A DNA stretch of 50,077 nt from Squatina squatina. Lineage: Eukaryota. Below the pieces are notes generated by a model that ran no database searches, had not been told where the DNA came from, and was given only the letters and a program-made list of their open reading frames with translations. The stretch is from contig JARFOE010000001.1 in assembly GCA_031763465.1 (NCBI GenBank), forward strand, positions 16,033,591 through 16,083,667, read 5' to 3'. Shown in pieces: positions 12,190 to 25,964 of this stretch. How positions within the stretch are numbered: position 1 is the first letter of the stretch; each line of letters opens with the position of its first letter. A program made the translations under genes and the position numbers.

Positions 12190-12350
12190 TATCATAGAAA
12201 TTTACAGCACAGAGGGAGGCCATTCAACCCATCATGTCTGTGCCGGCTGAAAAAGAGCTATCCAGCCTAGTCCCACTTTCCAGCTCTTGGTCGGTACTTT
12301 CCAGCTCTTGGTCGGTAGCCCTGTAGGTTACGGCACTGCAAGTGCATATC
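12190..12350 (-). mobile_element. CR1 3' tail with an internal 21-bp tandem duplication (12275-12316)
   Basis: catagaaatttacagcacagagggaggccattc...; actttccagctcttggtcggt occurs twice in tandem. Confidence 0.75.
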
Positions 12351-13894
12351 CTTCCTGAATTCATGCATATTTGCAGTAAATGTGCAATTTTCTGATGCAA
12401 GTAATAGTTTGGCTCCAGCATCTGTTTTTAGAGTATTGTGAGGAGACAGCAGTGACCTAAGTTGCTCTTAGCATTCTCTGTCAATGCAAGCAGCACTCCG
12501 TAAATGTAGACTGAAACCCATGTGTGGAGCTCTGCTCATCGACATGTTGAAATTCGTTGCCTTAAACTGGATTTTTGTCACAACTTCTGCATTGGTAAAC
12601 TAATGACCCTGTTGAATCAACACAAAATCTGTAGTATGACAGACCCCTTAATGTGCCAGAAAAGATATTGCTTACCAAATATTAAAAAAAATGATTTCAG
12701 TTGAATTTATTTCCTTTATTTTTAAGGCATAACTTTAGTACTTTACACTTAAGATGTAAAAACCTAATTCACTTCTAAAGTCAAAACACCATGTTGGTGT
12801 TCGATGGTTGAAGTAACTGAAAATGTGGTTTATAGTAATTTATGCATATAAAATTTATATAACTTGTATTGATCTTAATGGTTAAGGACTGGATGGCCTG
12901 GAATTGGGGTGTGAACATGGTGAACACATGCTGTATGGGCCTAATGAGGCCTGTGGCAGGACCACCTAAATNNNNNNNNNNNNNNNNNNNNNNNNNNNNN
13001 NNNNNNNNNNNNNNNNNNNNNNNNNNNNNNNNNNNNNNNNNNNNNNNNNNNNNNNNNNNNNNNNNNNNNNNCCACCCATGTATGTAGCATTAAATTGTTC
13101 CATCCAACATACCTGCTAGATTATATTCATCAAAATATGAACTTTTGTCTGCAAAATTAGTTCAATTAATTCCTGCCATATATTATTAAATACTACCAAT
13201 TTTGTTTCTCCCTTTCTATTTTCAAACTAAGCTGCCAACATGTGTTGCCTCTATCACTTTTGGCATACAATATGCAAAGCAAAAGGGCATGGCAATTGTG
13301 TAGGGGGCAATGTTACTGCTAACTACTCCAGTTAGGGAGGGGGAGGCAATTACAGGCATTAGAATATTACTGGGGGATATGATCTGATTCAGAGCCTTTG
13401 AACCTCCCTGTTGAAAATTAATAGATTGGCAAAATACTTGTGAACCAAAATAAATTGAAACTCACTGTGATTTATTAATGGTTATCTCTAAAAGCTGCAT
13501 AAAATAATAGTTCTGATGTTCAAGATCAGATTTCTCAGCCTAGTTTCTGTTCCTTGTTTAAATGTCAAATGTCAGTGAAATTGTTTACTTGCTTCTTAGT
13601 AAAAGGTTGTATTTTGCATTGGAAAGTAATCTTTTGCTAGTTCTGCTTTTCATCATCTCTCATTTTCATGTTTTATGGAGTAAAGGGTAGAAAAGTTATG
13701 CTTTGTACAGGACACAGATGATTATTAAGTCAGTTATTTCATGTTGAATTTTAGCCAAGAACTTCATAAAAGCTCATTTGTATTGACGTGAGCATGCCAG
13801 AATGTAGCTTTTGGAAGAGTGTATTACAGTAGGATGGAAATTATGTTATAAATAATAGCTTTCTAGATTAACCCTTGGACTGACTGTAGGTCTT

Positions 13895-14189
13895 GGAATA
13901 GGAACATTGGAATATGGGAACAGGAGTAGTCCATTCAGCCCTTGGAGCCTGTCTGCCATTCTATTAGATCATGGCTGATCTGTACCTCAGCACTATTTAC
14001 CTGTCTTTGCTTCACATCCCTTAATACCCTAACCCCCTCCAAAAAAGGAAAATAAATCAACCTAAGTCTTGAAAATTTCTACCGATCCAATGTCCAGACC
14101 CTTTTGGGGGACAGAGTTCCAGATTTCCGCTACCTTTTGGGTGAACAAGTGCTTCCTGAGTTCACTGTTAAATGTCTTAGCTCTAATTT
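13895..14189 (-). mobile_element. CR1 LINE 3' end
   Basis: Minus strand reads ...RKHLFTQKVAEIWNSVP, followed by the CR1 3' tail (ggaacaggagtag.ccattcagcccttggagcc on +). Confidence 0.85.
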
Positions 14190-16239
14190 NNNNNNNNNNN
14201 NNNNNNNNNNNNNNNNNNNNNNNNNNNNNNNNNNNNNNNNNNNNNNNNNNNNNNNNNNNNNNNNNNNNNNNNNNNNNNNNNNNNNNNNNGGTCAAAGGGA
14301 CTGCTGCAGGCCGCAGAAGTAGCTTTCAGATAAGTTTTTCTAATATATCTTAATGCGGAGACAAGTGGAGAAACAGTGCTCCTCCTGCCTCCAACTTAAG
14401 ACTGCAGCTGCTCTGCCAGCCCTCGCTCATGCCACTCTTTCCCGACTCACCCTGTCCTCCCCCCGCCCCAAATTCACGTATGGGCGTTGGCTGGCGTCAA
14501 ATCCCCGATCAGAGTGCCACATCAAGACACCCAATTGCTGCTCACAGCTCGCCACAATTATGATGAGGCCTGAGGACCAATTTAGAATGGCCCTTGGGCC
14601 TTTCCATTCTGGCACACCTGGGCTTTATGATCTGATTTCCTTTCTTTTTATCCAAAGAAATCAGCGTAGCAAATAGCTGGGGTGCCTGAGATATTCTCAG
14701 GCTCAGCAGTACTGATTACTCCTGCAAGTGGTCTCTGTGACTTAAGTTCAGAAGTGTGCCTGTACTGACCAAGATATAACCGTATAACAGCATAATGGGG
14801 AGCATAATGGTGATATGAGCGGATTATTCTGGCATTGAATTTCCGAGGGGGTTCTACCGCTTGCCCATCATAACATTAGTGGAAGAAACCCAGACAAAAT
14901 GGTGTAAATGTTTAATATCAATCTGTGAGATGTGACTGATTACTTTAAATTTGGTAACCGCTAGCTGCTTTCCCCAGGTGAGAGAGGATACACATTATGG
15001 CCAGGTAGGTGAAAATGTCACTTCAAAAGCATTATTCCTATGCAAATTCACTTTGGTTGCAAAGGAAGTTGGTAGATTACCAAACGCATTTGATTTGGCA
15101 CCACGGTTCAAATTCAGCTGTGTCCCATGCTGCTTCCTCCAGGCGGCGGTGCATATGCCCACCACCAGCCCAAATAACACTAAAAGTAGAAATTTCCCCC
15201 TCCATTCTGATCAGCATTTAACTTCCAGTTCAAATTTGAATAGTAGGGTACATTGCTGCCAGAATGCTGTCATGCTATATGGCAGTCATCTGGAAGAACT
15301 AACGGTATGAATATGGTCAAAGAAAGTGACGGGAAGGAGGATTGCATCTCATGCATGTGGCACTAGTGTGGCAATGCTCATATTGTCATAAAATACCCAA
15401 TTAAATTTGAGCTCCCGTGGCTAAAAGAGGAAAAATGGGCCCCTCTGTGGGTTACACTCAAGCATAAAACACTTTATGACATGCAGTAATCAGTTCATTG
15501 CTCTACTCCCATTCAAAGATTTGGATTCCACAATCATATCATTATAATAATTCACTTTAGTAATTTGTTTGGAAAAGCAGCTTTAATTCTAAATAAAGCA
15601 ACACTCCACATGTTAATGAAAGAATGATAATGCATAATGCATTTACAGTGTAATCGTTAAAGGTAATTAAAACGCCTATTAAATTCAAATTGCTATTTGT
15701 TTTGAAACAATTAAAATCCGAAATGTTATATGACTCATCAGAGGCTGACAGCGTACATCAGGAAAATATTCTTCCCCACGCTCAATTTTGTTTGAGTACG
15801 TCTTCTACTATTGATGTAATTATAACACCCACATTGTTTCAAGTTTGGTATTTAGTTTCACAACCTCTGAGCTACTCTTTCTGGACAATGGTTTCTTCAA
15901 AGAATAAACAGCTGTATTCAGTATAAAGTGTTGCAAAAAGAACAGTTGCAATGGAAAGACAAACCTGTAGGGCGATTCAGTGCTTGTAGAGTGCATTCTC
16001 TCTCAAAGGGAGCTTTGGTTGCAGTCTTGTGCCCTATTCCAACCGATACTTCCTTCAAATCAGAGTCCCCAATGGAAACTGCTAGATCATTGAACGAGAA
16101 AAAGAATATGGACCAGAAAATACTCCTGTGGTTCAGAAATCAGCATCAAATTTAAGTCTGAATTAGCACTAACACTGTCCAAGTCAGCTTTGTTTTTGTT
16201 GCTGTTTCTATTTAACTCACTTTGCACTTAATTGCGGTT

Positions 16240-16636
16240 ACCACCCCTCACAGGAAGTGAAGCGCAATGTCGCACGCTCCACTTCCCTTTGGGTTGGGTT
16301 CGGGGCACTACTTGGGCAGGTTCGGCAGCACTACATGGCTTCACCACGTAGTGCTGACACCTTTCGATGCCCCTCCCCTTCCATTAAAGGGGAAGGACAT
16401 TGCAAACTCTGCAAGCCATTTGAAGACCTCCACTGGGCCTCGAGGGCTAAGGGGTGCCGTGGCCGCAGACCGGCAATGAGATGGAGTGTAGGACTGTACG
16501 ATGGTGGCTGGGACCCCGAGAAAGGAGTGGTGAACGGCCCGACCGGAGAGTTGGGAAAAAACAAAGATCGCAGCGTGCGGCACAGTGCACCTCCCCTTTA
16601 AGGGACGCCCCATGATGGGTCACCGGCACGGTCATC
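16240..16636. repeat. GC-rich repeat arm, same group
   Basis: ccattaaagggga and cccctttaaggga palindromes; ends at a gap. Confidence 0.5.
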
Positions 16637-19278
16637 ACTAGCAGCACGGGGCGCTANNNNNNNNNNNNNNNNNNNNNNNNNNNNNNNNNNNNNNNNNNNN
16701 NNNNNNNNNNNNNNNNNNNNNNNNNNNNNNNNNNNNNNNNNNNNNNNNNNNNNNNNCCTCAATGCCATACTACCATACTATCTGTAGTTTATCCAACATC
16801 GAGTTGTAGAGGAACCAGAACTTTCTCTAACTTAAAGAACAAACATGCCTTTCACGAATCAGTACAACACAAGATGGGTCATGATGGTCTCCTGGATATC
16901 ACTCTTCATTGAAGGTTTTTTTCTTCTCAATTTTCATCCATCCTCTTATGAAGGCACTGACTTTTGCTTGGACATGGCACCCCAGGTCCTATCAGCCCAT
17001 CACATGGCCCAAGTATATAAGTAGCTGGAAGTTCCTTATATCTGGAGAGAGGTGAAAAGCATCTCAGATATTCTATAAATTGCAGATTATGCAAACAGAA
17101 CAATCAGTGAGGATTTCTATTTAACTACATTAACAATGAGCAGATACACACAGTTTATGGTATACTGAATGCTCTTTTTATGAAAATATTGAATGCCAAA
17201 CAAAGAAGTTTAAGTTGTGGGGTGGAGGTGGGATGGCAAATGGCAGAGTCGTTAAGGTCCCACTGGAGTTTTAATATAGTGAGAAGAATTGGAGTATATA
17301 AGAAGCATCAGCTTTTGGCAGAACAGGAACATGAATAGTGCTGTAGCACTGCAGTGCCACTGGAAGGTCCCTCAGCAGCCTACCTTCACAGAAACTGCAA
17401 TAAATCATTGTCTTTTAAGAATAATTTATTTTTAACTTGAATCATTTCTAATCTATAATTCTGTTGTCACACAAACTATTGAACAATTGGTCAAATATTA
17501 CTTGAGAGTACATCTGTAATATATGTGAAGTGTTGAATTATGATCACTTTTTTTGAAGAGATTTACTTAAAATAAAAAAATCCCCATTTTTAATTCCTAA
17601 AAACAAAAGAAATCCCCACTTTTAATTGCCCGTTCTGCTTTTTCATTTGTCTTCTGAAGCTTATATCCAATAACTGTTTAGTTCATTGTTTACTCCTTCC
17701 CACTTGTCCTAAAAAGGCATTAACTATGCTGTCAAGGGGTCTTTTAGGGTATTTTGAGGTAATCCAATTACTCATAACATTGTTGTGCATCAGATGGAAA
17801 TGGAGAAGCACAGCAGTAATTTTCTTATACTGTGTACTGTAATATAATTCATAAACCAGTTTAGTAAGATGTAAGCTGAAAATAAGCTTATGAATAAATT
17901 TGTTGAAAATGGAACCTACCTAAAGGGGCCCCTTGACGACAGCACATCCTCTGTGCAGCAGCATTCTCACAAGATTGAAGCTGGTTCCGCAGCAGAGTAA
18001 AGTAACCGAGTCACTGAGAATGTGCTGAACCTTTCTGTGCTGCATGTCAGACTCTCTGGAGATGACTGAACCCATATGCGACATGAGTATTGTCAGGACA
18101 CTTTGCTCGTGAATGAGAGCCTTTTCTATTGTTATGCCTTTACAAAAATGCAAGGTTTGGAGAACACAGACTTCAAGCAGATGATCCCATTTACAATGAC
18201 AGAACAGTAATGACAACTGTTGGTGAACTGGATTTGAAAAAAAGGAACAAGGACGATCGGGGAGAGGTTCTTAGATGACATTCAGCTCTGGAGCATTCCT
18301 CTTCACCTTCCTTTGTATCATTACTGACATCCTTTTGCTCTTTGTTATCTCCTGTTATGCCAAATTTACACAGCCTGCATGGATTAAGAAGATCAACAGC
18401 TTAGTTCTTTTGAAGCATAGAAACGCACGTTGGTTTAATAAAAAATTCTTTTAGAAATACCGTTCATAGTTTTNNNNNNNNNNNNNNNNNNNNNNNNNNN
18501 NNNNNNNNNNNNNNNNNNNNNNNNNNNNNNNNNNNNNNNNNNNNNNNNNNNNNNNNNNNNNNNNNNNNNNNNNNNNNNNNNNNNNNNNNNNNNNNNNNNN
18601 NNNNNNNNNNNNNNNNNNNNNNNNNNNNNNNNNNNNNNNNNNNNNNNNTATCATCCCAGAAGGAAAAACTCAATGAAGACGTATTTGTTTTTCGTCAGTG
18701 TCGAAATGAATGCATTGTGCAAGAAAGCTGAAAGGTTTGCAGAAAGAATACGAAGAAAAAGAAAGTAAAACTATACGCACCTTACTTTACTGACAATTGG
18801 GAAGAGTCTTCTGCATAGCTGTCTCTGTCCTCTTGTATTGTAGAATTTCTACATAATGCTGGAAGATAGAGTATATTTTCTGTTGGACTGTTTCTCTCCG
18901 CTTTTTTCTTTGTACCTGACCCCAAGTACTGTGTTGATTGCCTTCATTCACTAGAAGCAGGAGCTTACGTAATTAAGAGTTCAGCTTCAAAAAGTATCAG
19001 AAACAGTTATAACAATGACAGCACTGATGTTTCAAACTACAGTGTGGTTCTAAACTGCTTCTTTTTAAATAAACAATTCAATGACTGCAGATGTGCAAAA
19101 ATGATCCGAATACATTATGATCAAGATTAATAGAGAGGATCTATTAGATTGCTACCAGAAGTTGATTGTATAGTAAAGNNNNNNNNNNNNNNNNNNNNNN
19201 NNNNNNNNNNNNNNNNNNNNNNNNNNNNNNNNNNNNNNNNNNNNNNNNNNNNNNNNNNNNNNNNNNNNNNNNNNNNNN

Positions 19279-19800
19279 GGCTCGAGGGGCCAAATGGCCG
19301 CCTCCTGTCTTATGTTCTTATGACGTTATGGCAGAAATACTAAATAACATTTTTGCATCAGTTTTTACACGTGATGGTGGAATTGAGAGTATAGTTATGC
19401 TAGAGGAAGATATGGGACAAATGTTAGAGAAAACTAAAAGAAATGTTTGAGAAAGTTAACGGAACTCAAGTTAGATAAGTCACCGGGACTTAATGGCTTT
19501 TCAGAGAAGACAGAGAGCAGATAACAAGGCTCTGGTCACAATTTTTCAATCTGCAAGTTATACTGTGGGTCTCGAGTAGCCGATGTAACACCTTTCAAGA
19601 AGGAAGAGAGGGATAAATTAGGTAACTATAGACCAGCGTGGATTTGTTACAGCTAAGTCACATTTAACGCGTTATTTTTGAAAATATGACTTTGGATAGA
19701 TAAATGAAATGTAGTAGAATGAATGCATAGTCATTTTCAGAAGGTGTCTCGCACGAGGGGTGCAGATGCGTGGCATAAAAGGAAATCTAGCAGCATGAAT
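19279..19800 (+). mobile_element. CR1 tail followed by decayed CR1 ORF2 pieces
   Basis: ggctcgaggggccaaatggcc tail; MAEILNNIFASVFT, DKSPG, GNYRP motifs. Confidence 0.75.
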
Positions 19801-19854
19801 NNNNNNNNNNATAGAAAGTTGGATGATGGCCATGTAACAAAGAATTATGCAGAG

Positions 19855-20022
19855 TTACATAGAATCTACAGCACAGAAACAGGCCATTCGGTTTAACTGG
19901 TCTATGCGGTGTTTATGCTCCACACGAGCCTCCTTCCACTTCTCTTCATCTAACCGTATCAGCATATCCTTCTATTCCTTTCTCCCTTGTGTGATTGTCT
20001 AGCTTCCCCTTAAATGCATCAA
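19855..20022 (-). mobile_element. CR1 3' tail (same subfamily as 36254-36720)
   Basis: acagcacagaaacaggccattcgg...tattcctttctccct...cccttaaatgcatc, nearly identical to 36265-36420. Confidence 0.8.
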
Positions 20023-20668
20023 TAGTGGAATTATGGTAAATAGATGTTCATTGGTTTGGAAGTGACGTACCCCAGTTCCTGGAGTTTACACTTGATTGTG
20101 CTGGTTTTTTCGGCACAGTTTGCCCAAAATTGACGTAATCGGTGCAAAAGATCACGGAATTTTAACCGCAATTTACATTCAGCACAAATCGAGTTTCTGC
20201 AATCTTTTCTGCAAGTTTTAAATACATTGCACTTAATCTTCATTGCCTTAATCTTCTCTGTTCCAGTAAAACAGTCCTAATATTTTAAGCCTTCATAATT
20301 AGAATCATGCTAGTTAATTTTAGCTACGGCATTCCTGTGGTTCTAATATATTTCCTATAATCGGGTGCCCAGAACTGCACGCAATCCTCAACTCAGACTC
20401 AGTTGTGTATGGAGCGGCACTGGGATAAGAAAGGAGAAAATGAGAACTGCAAATAAGTATAACCGAGCAGCAGAAAGAAACAATAGAAAGAAGCACAGAA
20501 ACAAGGGAGATTCAAAGTAGCACAAACTCTGCAAGGATACCAATTTTACGAGTGACATTTGATAAAATTAATAAACCTCAAAAAATACATTTTATTTCAA
20601 AGCAGCATTCTGGAGCGTGCTTACTCGCTTTGATTTCATAATAAACTTTTGCACCAATGCTGAAAGAT

Positions 20669-20875
20669 CTCTCTTAGACAGTCTCTCAGGTTCGAGGATG
20701 ACTAGCTTCCACTCCGGAGTTGTGGGTTCTGAGGCAGCTAAATAGTCCACTGCGGGAGCCGCAGATGCGGCCGCAGGTGGGGCAGGGATGAGCGTGTTGC
20801 TGCGTGCTCCTTTCTCTGCCAACGGAGATGCCGACTAACTGGTGCCCTTTGCTTTGGTGCCTTGGGAGTGATGTA
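20669..20875 (-). mobile_element. RTE-clade LINE 3' end
   Basis: Minus-strand CPTCGRICGSRSGLFSCLRTH resembles the RTE ORF2 C-terminal zinc finger, followed by the short tail gagtggaagc..gtcatcctcga...gactgtctaaga. Confidence 0.8.
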
Positions 20876-21254
20876 TGATCATTGCTGCACATTTCAATGA
20901 ATTTGTGAGGTTTCAGGGATCATTATTTCTCACTTGCTTCACGGGAGTCAGGGATTTTCTTACTGAGCACAAGTGTTCGGATCAGATTACTGATGACATG
21001 AAGTAGTTTGACATCACACATCTTAAGCAACCCCAGCACGTAGTTTGCTTTTGTCAAGTATCTGCTATCAGCAAACCATTCCCAAGTGCCAAACATATAT
21101 TTGCGCAGAGCCACCTTGTTTAAAGTATGATCAGAACTCTGAGTACTTAGATCCTCGGGGAGGCTGGGATTAGTACATGAGGGGGACCGAGTGGGAAAGC
21201 CCTATTAAAAATTGCCATTTGGATAAATCTTCTGCTCGGTAAGCACTTTCACAT

Positions 21255-21312
21255 TATTTCGTGGACCCCCTGGAAAGTCTCCATGGACCCCCAGAGAATC
21301 ACTGCTATAGAG
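21255..21312. mobile_element. hAT (Charlie-like) DNA transposon terminus
   Basis: Repeated subterminal tggacccc motifs, TIR-like gagaatcactg ending at 21304, then the 8-mer ctatagag matching the Charlie target preference. Partner end not seen. Confidence 0.5.
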
Positions 21313-22847
21313 TATGTTATTCTACTTTGCAGTCGCATTCAGTATTTTTAAAAAGATAGCTCACAGTGGATATTTTGTCTCAAATAAAAGCCTCTTAATG
21401 GTTGAGAAAAATAATGGGAGAACTGCTGCTGCTTCCTGTAGCGTTAAACCAGATTTCCTGCAAGATGCCGGAAATGAATCAAGTCTGAATGTACAATCGC
21501 AATATCAGGAAGTGAAAATGATAACCAACCTAAAGATTCTATTACCTTTCAAACTTAGTATTTGTAAAACTGATAAAATTAAGGACAGNNNNNNNNNNTG
21601 TATTACTTTAAATCTAACATGCACGCTGTTGAAATAAAGACCCAGAATCTAGATTTGTAGTAATGTGTAGGATTTGTGGTTATGGTTAGATAGTTACCAT
21701 GTTATTCCTGGTCATGATCTGTTTAGTTTCAAGTGTTGAAGTTGAGAAGAAAGGAATGTAAGAAAACATATTTTAAAATAGTTTGATTCAGTGCACTATT
21801 AAATTGTACAGAGCCCATCAGTTAATAAGAAATTGATAACCTGATTACATGAGAGTAGTTGGTGCTCTGTTAAAAACATCTGGAAATTCTAAGTCCAATT
21901 TAGAAACAATTACATATTTCCTTTGAAAACTGTAATAATCTTGAACAAAAATAATTGAGATAAAGATACAAACAAAATGTGAATACTTTAATTTCATCTT
22001 GTTTAGAGCAGTTTCCTGTTATGTGTTTTTTAAAATTATTACACTGGTAGTACACAAGACCTGTGAAGGAAACACTGTGTACATTATATAGTTCTTTATG
22101 ACACTTGCAAACCATCTGCATGAATAGTAATTCAAACTTTGAAAAATTTATGTACCGTACGAAAATTATCTTTCATCTGCATAACTTAAACTTGCAATAA
22201 CAATCTTCTGCTACATGTCTCCTGTAAAAACTAATTTGTTGCGGTTACCTGCTTTTGGAATGGTGCAAATGGGCAAGAGACCAGCTATATTGCCCTTCTT
22301 ACATTGCTGTACTCAGACAAAGTAGAGCTCTAAAACTTGTGCACGTAAATGCATCCACTCACTTGCATTTGAATACTGCTAACATTAAGTTAGTAAAAAG
22401 CTGACTCCTCTGTCAGCTGTGTTTTTTTTTAAATACAAAGTTAGGAAATCCAATAGATCCCTTTTTAAACTTAAATCATGAAGTTTAAGGGGCAGAATTT
22501 CCTCTTGCTGCATCTGGATATATTGGACAACCTGGGCGCAGAACTGTATGAGAAAGATTGCAAACCTGTGAAAGGGTTGATTTTTTGGAAGAATCTTTGT
22601 GGGTGTGCAATACTCGCTTCCTGATTTTCCTTTGTGTGCTCTGTCCAGGCACTCCAGTATGTCTCTATGCAGGAATAGGAAAATTTGATCCTGTGTCAGT
22701 TTGGCACAATTAGTAGCACTCTTTGTCATCGTGAGTTCAAATCTAATNNNNNNNNNNNNNNNNNNNNNNNNNNNNNNNNNNNNNNNNNNNNNNNNNNNNN
22801 NNNNNNNNNNNNNNNNNNNNNNNNNNNNNNNNNNNNNNNNNNNNNNN

Positions 22848-23270
22848 TGCATTAAATTTCATCTGCCATGTGTCTGCCCATTTCATCAACCTGTCTATAT
22901 CTGACTGCAGTTGGTTACTATCCTCCTTGTTTATTACATTTCAAATTTCCTGTCAGCTGCAAACTTTGAAATTATGCCCAGTATATGGAAGTCCAGGTCA
23001 TTAATATACATCAAAAAGAGCAGTGGTCCCAACACTGACTCGTAGGCGACACAACTCTACACTTTCTTCCAATCTGAAAAACAATCGTTCACCATTACTT
23101 TCTGCTTTCTGTCCCTTAGCCAATTTTGTATCCATGCAGTCACTGTCCCTTTAATCCAACAGGCTTCAATTTTGCGAATGTGCAGTACTTTACCAAATGC
23201 CTTTTGAAAGTCCATATATGCAAGATCTACCGCACTACTCTCATTAACCCTCTCCATTACTTCACCACAG
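22848..23270 (-). mobile_element. CR1 LINE RT fragment
   Basis: VDLAYMDFQKAFGKVLH, WIQNWLRDRKQKV, SVLGPLLFLMYINDLD, ISKFAAD on the minus strand. Confidence 0.9.
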
Positions 23271-23344
23271 AAGAATTGGATTCTACTGTACTTCTATTGC
23301 AAATGACAAATGTTGGCTGGGTTGGACATCAATTCAAATCTAAT

Positions 23345-23655
23345 GATTGAAGTGTCATAGAGCAATGGTAATTGTATTTGCACCTGAATTACATGTGGTA
23401 TCAACGGCTGTCAATAACGTATCTAAGCCAGAATAATATCGGCCAAGGCTAGAGTGATCTCCTTCTACTAGTTTTGATCGCCTAAAGCAGCTGAGAGGAA
23501 TTTCCCACATTTTTCCCCCAAATTGGCCGAGGCTTTTATCTAGTTTTTTGCCTCTCCCAGGAGATCCGATGGCTTCAGGTGTGGTGCGGAGTCGATATAT
23601 TGTGATGGGACAGGCTCAATGGACCAGAGAGTCTTTTCCTGTCCATCATTGTCTG
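23345..23655 (+). mobile_element. Probable CR1-type 3'UTR/tail
   Basis: Ends gggacaggctcaatggaccagagagtcttttcctgtccatcattg, a CR1-like terminal stem-loop region. Confidence 0.55.
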
Positions 23656-25964
23656 TATGCTGGTATGGTATACTTGCAGCTGACTTTCTACTAGTGCCAG
23701 TTAAGATTAAAATCAGATCCATCTAATCTGAAGAAAACATCTTGCCACAGCTTAAAAAAATCGGTTTTATTTTGAACTTAATTTTCATTAGGATAATTGT
23801 AAAATTCAAATTCAACTTTTTAATTTGTATTAATTTAACACATCACCAAACCTAATCCACAGAGGAGAGTGGTTCTGTCTAGACACAACTACACAGATGG
23901 GTAGAGACATTGTAGTCCTGGAAGTCCCGACAGGCCCAAATGTGGACAAAGTAGAGTAGACTGAGCTATTTGTTTGACATTACCCTGACTGAGAATCCTT
24001 CAAAATAATACAAAGCAAGACCACAAGAGACTGGAGAAAGAATGAAGATCATTGATTAGATCGCATGGCTGAAATCAGCTCAATGGGATATGTTTCAAGC
24101 CCACCCAAAAACTCTATGCCGTAATTGAATANNNNNNNNNNNNNNNNNNNNNNNNNNNNNNNNNNNNNNNNNNNNNNNNNNNNNNNNNNNNNNNNNNNNN
24201 NNNNNNNNNNNNNNNNNNNNNNNNNNNNNNNCTCACCATTCATTGCAACTCACAGATCTGTCCAAGAAGGCAATGTGTTGAAAATAAAGGCTGATCAAAT
24301 AATAAAGAAATGTACTTAATATACATTGGGCATCTGGTATTCCTATATGTAAAAGGAATTACAAATACGGGAAGTGAGAGCTCAAAGCTTGCTTTCTGTC
24401 ATATTGCTTATAATTGTACTTAATCAACACAGCAGGATATTGTATTAATGATCAGCACCTTTCATTTGTATGCAAATGTCCAATATGATTGTGTTTAATA
24501 GGACTGAGAATAAATCTGCTCATAAAACACAGGAGAGAAAAACTATTTCACAGGGATGTGAAATGGTGACTTTTTTTGTGTAGTTGTAATGAAGTTTCTG
24601 TTCTAAGCTGTAAACAAAGCTACAGTGAGGGATCAATGCTTGCTACTGGTGATTATCCCAAGTCCTCTGAGAGTATGTGAATGAAACCTCAGTTGGTTTG
24701 TCATTCTCGTTAATGAGGGATGATGACGCAGTCTGTCAAACCTGAGTAGACGTCACAGAGTGTAGCAGTGTTTTATAACACAGACCGTGCAGCTATGGAG
24801 AGAAGAAACCAGTGTTTGCTCGAACAAATAGTTGTGTCCTAGAAAACTGGGATCTTATTAAACAACAATAGCATTGTTTCTGCACAAGTTCATTCCCATG
24901 TGGAATGAAAAATATTTCTAGGCTTCTCAGAAACTCAGTTGAATTTAATACAAGAGATTAATGCACTAAGCTGGGTCACGTCTTTTCAGTGTATTTACAA
25001 AGTAGTATTTCAAAGTTTTTTCTTAAACTTAAAGTAATTTTTGTGTTTAGATTAGCTTGAGAAAGTTATTGCTGTGTCAGTCTGATGCATGTATTTGTCG
25101 ATGCAGATTTCCAGCAATAATGAGAACAAAGTTTTATAGATTTAAAATATCAAAGAAAATAAAGGCTTAGGGCAGCCAATTCGACTTCCCTGAGTTACAA
25201 GTGCTAACGGACAAATTGTTGAGTGCAAAGTTCTGGTTTCAGCACTCTCCCTTTAAGGCCTGCAATTCAAGACATTGAAAACAAATATTCTGACAGCTTT
25301 AAAAAACGTGCTAATTTCAGTGCTAAAGGGCGCTGATTATCTTAGTTTATTTCAGCAGGCCAATTGTGGGACGGATCTAAGGAGCTGCTATCAAGTGTCA
25401 GACCACCTCAGCCCTTAAAGGGGTTCGTTCTGGAGACACAAGCAATGCTTAGGTCAGTCAAATCATAGATCGTTGGTGGNNNNNNNNNNNNNNNNNNNNN
25501 NNNNNNNNNNNNNNNNNNNNNNNNNNNNNNNNNNNNNNNNNNNNNNNNNNNNNNNNNNNNNNNNNNNNNNNNNNNNNNNATGCAGTTCTGGGTTTATCAT
25601 GGTCTATCCTTTTAATATCTTATATACTTCTCTAAAGTCCTTTGTGAGACATTTTTTTTTAAAAGATCAAACTTTTCAAATCTCTAGCTACTGCACTGGC
25701 AGAAGTAGTCTACTGGCTTTATTTTTTAATTGTGCGAATCTGTCAATAAAAAGGTCCAATGCTACATCTATGGAGGCTTTTTTCCCAAGTGTTAAAGCAA
25801 TATATTTTTTAAAGGTACATTTAATGATTTCAGGTGTAGCTAATCTATCGAGGTATTACCAGTAAGAAGTATTTTAAAATGGCTACACTTTAAAAAAAAA
25901 CTACTTAGATGCATGACACACATTGTGCAACTGATGTAATATTCAATGGAACAATCATTATTAA

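Noticed and set aside
14960-14984. ctttccccag|gtgaga recursive-site look-alike
   Set aside because: Short pyrimidine tract with another AG just upstream; no supporting context.
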